Virus record (IMG/VR): IMGVR_UViG_3300045988_071562
Location: 1 to 64,000 of that record
Source of the DNA: a virus
Length of the DNA stretch: 64,000 nt
Strand: one strand, 5' to 3'
Position 1 is the stretch's first letter. Each line of letters starts with the position of its first letter. A program made the translations under genes and the position numbers. Below are positions 60,882-64,000 of this stretch, in pieces. Under the pieces are notes generated by a model that made no database searches, had not been told where the DNA came from, and was given only the letters and a program-made list of their open reading frames with translations.

Positions 60882-61835
60882 CTATTTCTTGATTACCTTC
60901 ATGTTTTTATTCCAACTTCCAGAAATTGTTCCGTCTGGGTGAATTATAAATTCTCTGCAAACACTATTATCTTCCGTTTTCTCTATTTCGCTAAGCATTT
61001 TCATGTTTGAATAGCTAAAGGTAATTAAAATATCTTTGTATTTCCATATCTCATACACATAATAATCCTGAATTGTTTGTTCGATAAATTCAAAATGATT
61101 GTATGCGTATTCAAGTATTTTGTTATATAATTCTTCTTTTTCATCGTATTTAATTCCGCTTTTTTCACTTAGCTTCATAAGTTTTCTGAATGATAAATCA
61201 TCTGCAAAAGAGTATGCATCAATCGTATTTAATACATCTTCGATTGTGTTTGCATCGCACAATACGCATTGCAATCTCATTTTGGTCTTTAACAATTTGC
61301 CTTTAATACGTTCCAGATCAGCCAAAGATGGCATACATGTTCCAAAAATTTCATTATTTTTCTTATCAGAAATAGCATGTCTGCTAATGTCTACAAAATC
61401 AAACAGTCCATCAATTTCTTTAATATGATTTTCTAAGTATTTCCCATTTGTATTAATCGTCAAAAATTTAATATCGTGTTTTCCTAAAACTTCACACAAT
61501 TTAGTAAATTTTTCAAATAGCAGTGGCTCTCCACCTGTTACAGATACGGAATACAATATTCCTTCTTTTTCCATTTCTGAAAGCATTTCATCAACTTGCA
61601 TTATAAAATACTCTGCATTCTCGCAACGTTCTGCGTTTTGTTCGACACAGAATGAACATTTGGCATTGCACTTATCTGTTATTTTCAAATGCAAGTGCCA
61701 TAACCATTCATTCTTTTCTACTAAAATCCGATGACCAAATAATTTGACTTCCATCTTGCCATCATAATTTATTGGTAATCTTTCGACATTGCACTTGTGA
61801 ATGTAATCTTTTATACTTTTATTTTGTACAAACAT
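60882..61835 (-). CDS. radical SAM enzyme, unknown specificity
   Basis: CNAKCSFC (CX3CX2C) preceded by LHLKITDK, and a GGEPLL motif. Confidence 0.75.
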   Translation of the reverse strand: MFVQNKSIKDYIHKCNVERLPINYDGKMEVKLFGHRILVEKNEWLWHLHLKITDKCNAKCSFCVEQNAERCENAEYFIMQVDEMLSEMEKEGILYSVSVTGGEPLLFEKFTKLCEVLGKHDIKFLTINTNGKYLENHIKEIDGLFDFVDISRHAISDKKNNEIFGTCMPSLADLERIKGKLLKTKMRLQCVLCDANTIEDVLNTIDAYSFADDLSFRKLMKLSEKSGIKYDEKEELYNKILEYAYNHFEFIEQTIQDYYVYEIWKYKDILITFSYSNMKMLSEIEKTEDNSVCREFIIHPDGTISGSWNKNMKVIKK

Positions 61836-62358
61836 TAATATCACCAATCCTTTCTGCTTCTCTCGCCTGTTTCTTTTCAATCCACTTATTAATTTTATCA
61901 TCGGAAATCATGTACATTTGCTTTAACATTTCGATGCAGATCAACACATCAGCAATTTCTTCTATCATGTTATCACGGTTGATTTTTCCACGCTTTGCCT
62001 TACTGATTGCCTGGATAAGCTCGGCACATTCTTCCATGCAGACGGTACTCTGTTTTTCTTCCCCATAATACAGAATGCTTCTCGCAATAGTGTACTTATC
62101 AATAATGTATCTCTCTTTTGTGCTGGATTTCTCTTCTTTTACCAATTCGAAATATTTATCTCTATATTCCAGGACAACTTCAAAATTGTATGAACCATAT
62201 CCCGTATGGTAAAAGTTATCTCCAACCTTCTTATATTTTATTTGATAATATGGTTTCTCACCCATAACCTCAAAAACCAGATCCAATTCAGTTACTTTTT
62301 CTTTTTCAATTTTTGCTTCTCTTTCGCTTTCTATAGAAACATTTTCTAAATTATCCAT
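61819..62358 (-). CDS. protein with a C-terminal MazG-like NTP pyrophosphohydrolase domain
   Basis: EECAELIQAISKAKRG...EEIADVLICIEML. SD-led MDNLENV. Confidence 0.6.
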   Translation of the reverse strand: MDNLENVSIESEREAKIEKEKVTELDLVFEVMGEKPYYQIKYKKVGDNFYHTGYGSYNFEVVLEYRDKYFELVKEEKSSTKERYIIDKYTIARSILYYGEEKQSTVCMEECAELIQAISKAKRGKINRDNMIEEIADVLICIEMLKQMYMISDDKINKWIEKKQAREAERIGDINVCTK

Positions 62359-62856
62359 TATTCCCCTCCACCTTAATAAATGCCATCCAATGTGTTTTCC
62401 CCTGTTTGCCAGATCTATTGCCGTACAAGGGTCGTGCCCCAATGGCTGCAATAACGTCCTTTACAGAAATCTGTGTCTCATTCCACTTAAAAATCAATGT
62501 GCCGTAAGGTTTAAGCACACGCATACACTCCGAAAAACCATCATGTAACACTTGTTTCCATGTATCTTTGTTGAGTTTTCCGTACTTCTTTACCATCCAG
62601 GCATTGTCTCCTCCTTGGATAAGATGTGGTGGGTCAAACACAACATGGCAAAATGTATTATCTTCAAACGGGAGGCATGTGAAGTTGCTATAATATCTGG
62701 ATGGATGTTGCAATACCTTGTTACTTTTCCATCTCCGCTTGTCCATATTGCTTCGTCATCCAGTTCGCGTTTATCAACGAAAACAGCAAATTCATTATTT
62801 TTGTTGAACCAAATCATTCTTGAACCACATGTAGCGTCCAGAACAGGTTTATCCAT
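62351..62856 (-). pseudogene. DNA methyltransferase (DPPH motif IV) split by a 1-nt frameshift
   Basis: The N-terminal part has VLDATCGSRMIW (motif I) in the frame of 62590-62856. The C-terminal part has NFTCLPFEDNTFCHVVFDPPH in the frame of 62351-62746. The frames switch near 62680-62700. Confidence 0.7.
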
Positions 62857-62933
62857 TTTCCTTCATCTCCTATCCAAAAAGTTTTCCACAAATTACACAT
62901 CTGTATATATGCCCTCTTCTGCGAGAGTGATAT

Positions 62934-63437
62934 TTAATCCATTGATGACTGTGCATTCTTCATCTCCTCCAATTTCCTTGCAGTTTTTCTATAATCTCTA
63001 TTTGCTGACCGGAACATCATCAGAAGAATTTCAGATACAGGTCTTGTTCTGTATCTCCTCACTGCTCTCTTGATGCATGAAAGCTCACTTCCGTCTGGTA
63101 TGTAAACCCCTACAGAATACGGAATTTCCAGAGATATTTTTGCATATACATCTTGCGGCATAACTAAATAGTTGAAATCGCCAATGAAATTTAACCCGTG
63201 TCCAGATTTGAAATCTTCAACAGACGACTTAATTTCATAGCAGTAGCAATCCGCTTTTTCTATTCCAGAAACGCTATTATTTGCTGGAACAAATTTCATG
63301 TAGTCCACTCTGATTGCATGATCTGTATAGTAATCAAATGTAACTTCTCGTGCCCAATAAATACGTGGATCATTATGCGGATTAATTTTCTTTTCAACCA
63401 TGGCTGATAATTTTGCCGTAATCTCAGGTCTTGTCAT
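62934..63437 (-). CDS. PD-(D/E)xK-type nuclease-like protein (MmcB-like)
   Basis: VDYMKF...CYCYEIKSSVEDFKSG pattern. Tentative. Confidence 0.4.
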   Translation of the reverse strand: MTRPEITAKLSAMVEKKINPHNDPRIYWAREVTFDYYTDHAIRVDYMKFVPANNSVSGIEKADCYCYEIKSSVEDFKSGHGLNFIGDFNYLVMPQDVYAKISLEIPYSVGVYIPDGSELSCIKRAVRRYRTRPVSEILLMMFRSANRDYRKTARKLEEMKNAQSSMD

Positions 63438-63984
63438 TTCCCAGCTCCTCCAACTTCTTCTCAGCTTCTTCGCTGGTAGTAAATACTTTTATCCCAATAA
63501 CATCATCTGAGAAAAATACTTCTCCATAATCTTCTTGGATTGCCTTTATGTTATATAATTTGCTTATCATAGTAATCTGAGATACTTTCATCTTGATAAT
63601 TGGGTTTCTTGCGCCCTTGTTAATTCGGAATAATATATCCCCAACCTTACACGGCAATCTCACAAGCAATCCCTGTTCTTCTAAGTCTTTGTATTTCTTC
63701 AACTCTTTCTGCATTATCGCTAATTTAGCAAGTTCCAATCCAGTAAATGCACCGTTTTCTTTGAGTTCCTTTAATTCTTTTAAAGTGCCAATATCTTTGT
63801 AAGACTTTAATTCTTCAAGCCACTCTGCGATTTGTTCATACTCCTTTACATATTGATTTCGTATATCTGCATTTAACTCATTTGCATCTTCTGAACCCAT
63901 ATCTGCATTCTCGATACTCCATTTATAACGATTTGCAACTATCTTTAACTGTTTAATACCATCATCAATTAGAAATCTCTCCAT
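63424..63984 (-). CDS. hypothetical coiled-coil protein
   Basis: 186-aa ORF with a GAGGTG SD. Confidence 0.5.
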   Translation of the reverse strand: MERFLIDDGIKQLKIVANRYKWSIENADMGSEDANELNADIRNQYVKEYEQIAEWLEELKSYKDIGTLKELKELKENGAFTGLELAKLAIMQKELKKYKDLEEQGLLVRLPCKVGDILFRINKGARNPIIKMKVSQITMISKLYNIKAIQEDYGEVFFSDDVIGIKVFTTSEEAEKKLEELGNDKT

Positions 63985-64000
63985 CTACTTCACCTCTTCC

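Overview
The whole 64-kb window reads as one contiguous, AT-rich temperate siphovirus-type phage or prophage segment. The protein families suggest a low-GC Firmicutes (Clostridia-like) host, but that is inference. About 95 genes are packed almost entirely on the minus strand.

Gene order in descending coordinates:
- Replication and early module (64.0-57.8 kb): a replisome organizer with internal iterons, a G39P-like loader, a PD-(D/E)xK-type nuclease, a frameshifted DNA methyltransferase, a MazG-like protein, a radical SAM enzyme and a DUF4317 protein.
- A large serine recombinase plus a DUF4417 protein, then a 1-kb gene-free region.
- A small plus-strand gene cluster with its own divergent HTH switch (51.4-54.0 kb).
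- A TerS-like gene (49.2-49.9 kb).
- A 9-kb island holding a small serine recombinase, many zinc-ribbon miniproteins, four tRNAs and RtcB.
- TerL, a DUF1492 sigma-like regulator, portal, scaffold, decoration protein, lambda-E-type capsid and connector.
- An island of low-complexity Cys/Gly/Gln/Tyr-rich proteins, then neck and tail genes with a holin embedded among them.
- Major tail protein, G/GT chaperones and tape measure.
- An 8.5-kb accessory island (three antirepressor modules, HNH endonuclease, lipoprotein and membrane proteins, a second origin-like repeat block).
- Dit-like and Tal proteins, a tyrosine recombinase with an in-frame TGA, the endolysin, an orphan LytTR response regulator, a CI/Cro-like switch and a fourth antirepressor.

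Most interesting signals:
1. A conserved 28-nt box, a -10 element and a leader terminator form a cassette repeated three times ahead of late-gene blocks.
2. Two tandem modules each carry an RHH gene, a short plus-strand RNA unit and an antirepressor, resembling P22 immI. The same short plus-strand unit design recurs elsewhere in the window.
3. An orphan LytTR regulator has a textbook 9-12-9 direct-repeat site facing a divergent membrane-protein gene.
4. A tRNA array lies next to an RtcB gene that is framed by 15-bp direct repeats. An anticodon-arm-less tRNA-like element sits at the end of the array.
5. There are two iteron blocks in an SPP1 oriL/oriR-like arrangement.
6. There is a possible -1 frameshift extension of the capsid protein.

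No CRISPR array, rRNA or reverse transcriptase was seen. All functional calls rest on motif recognition by eye. No database search was run.
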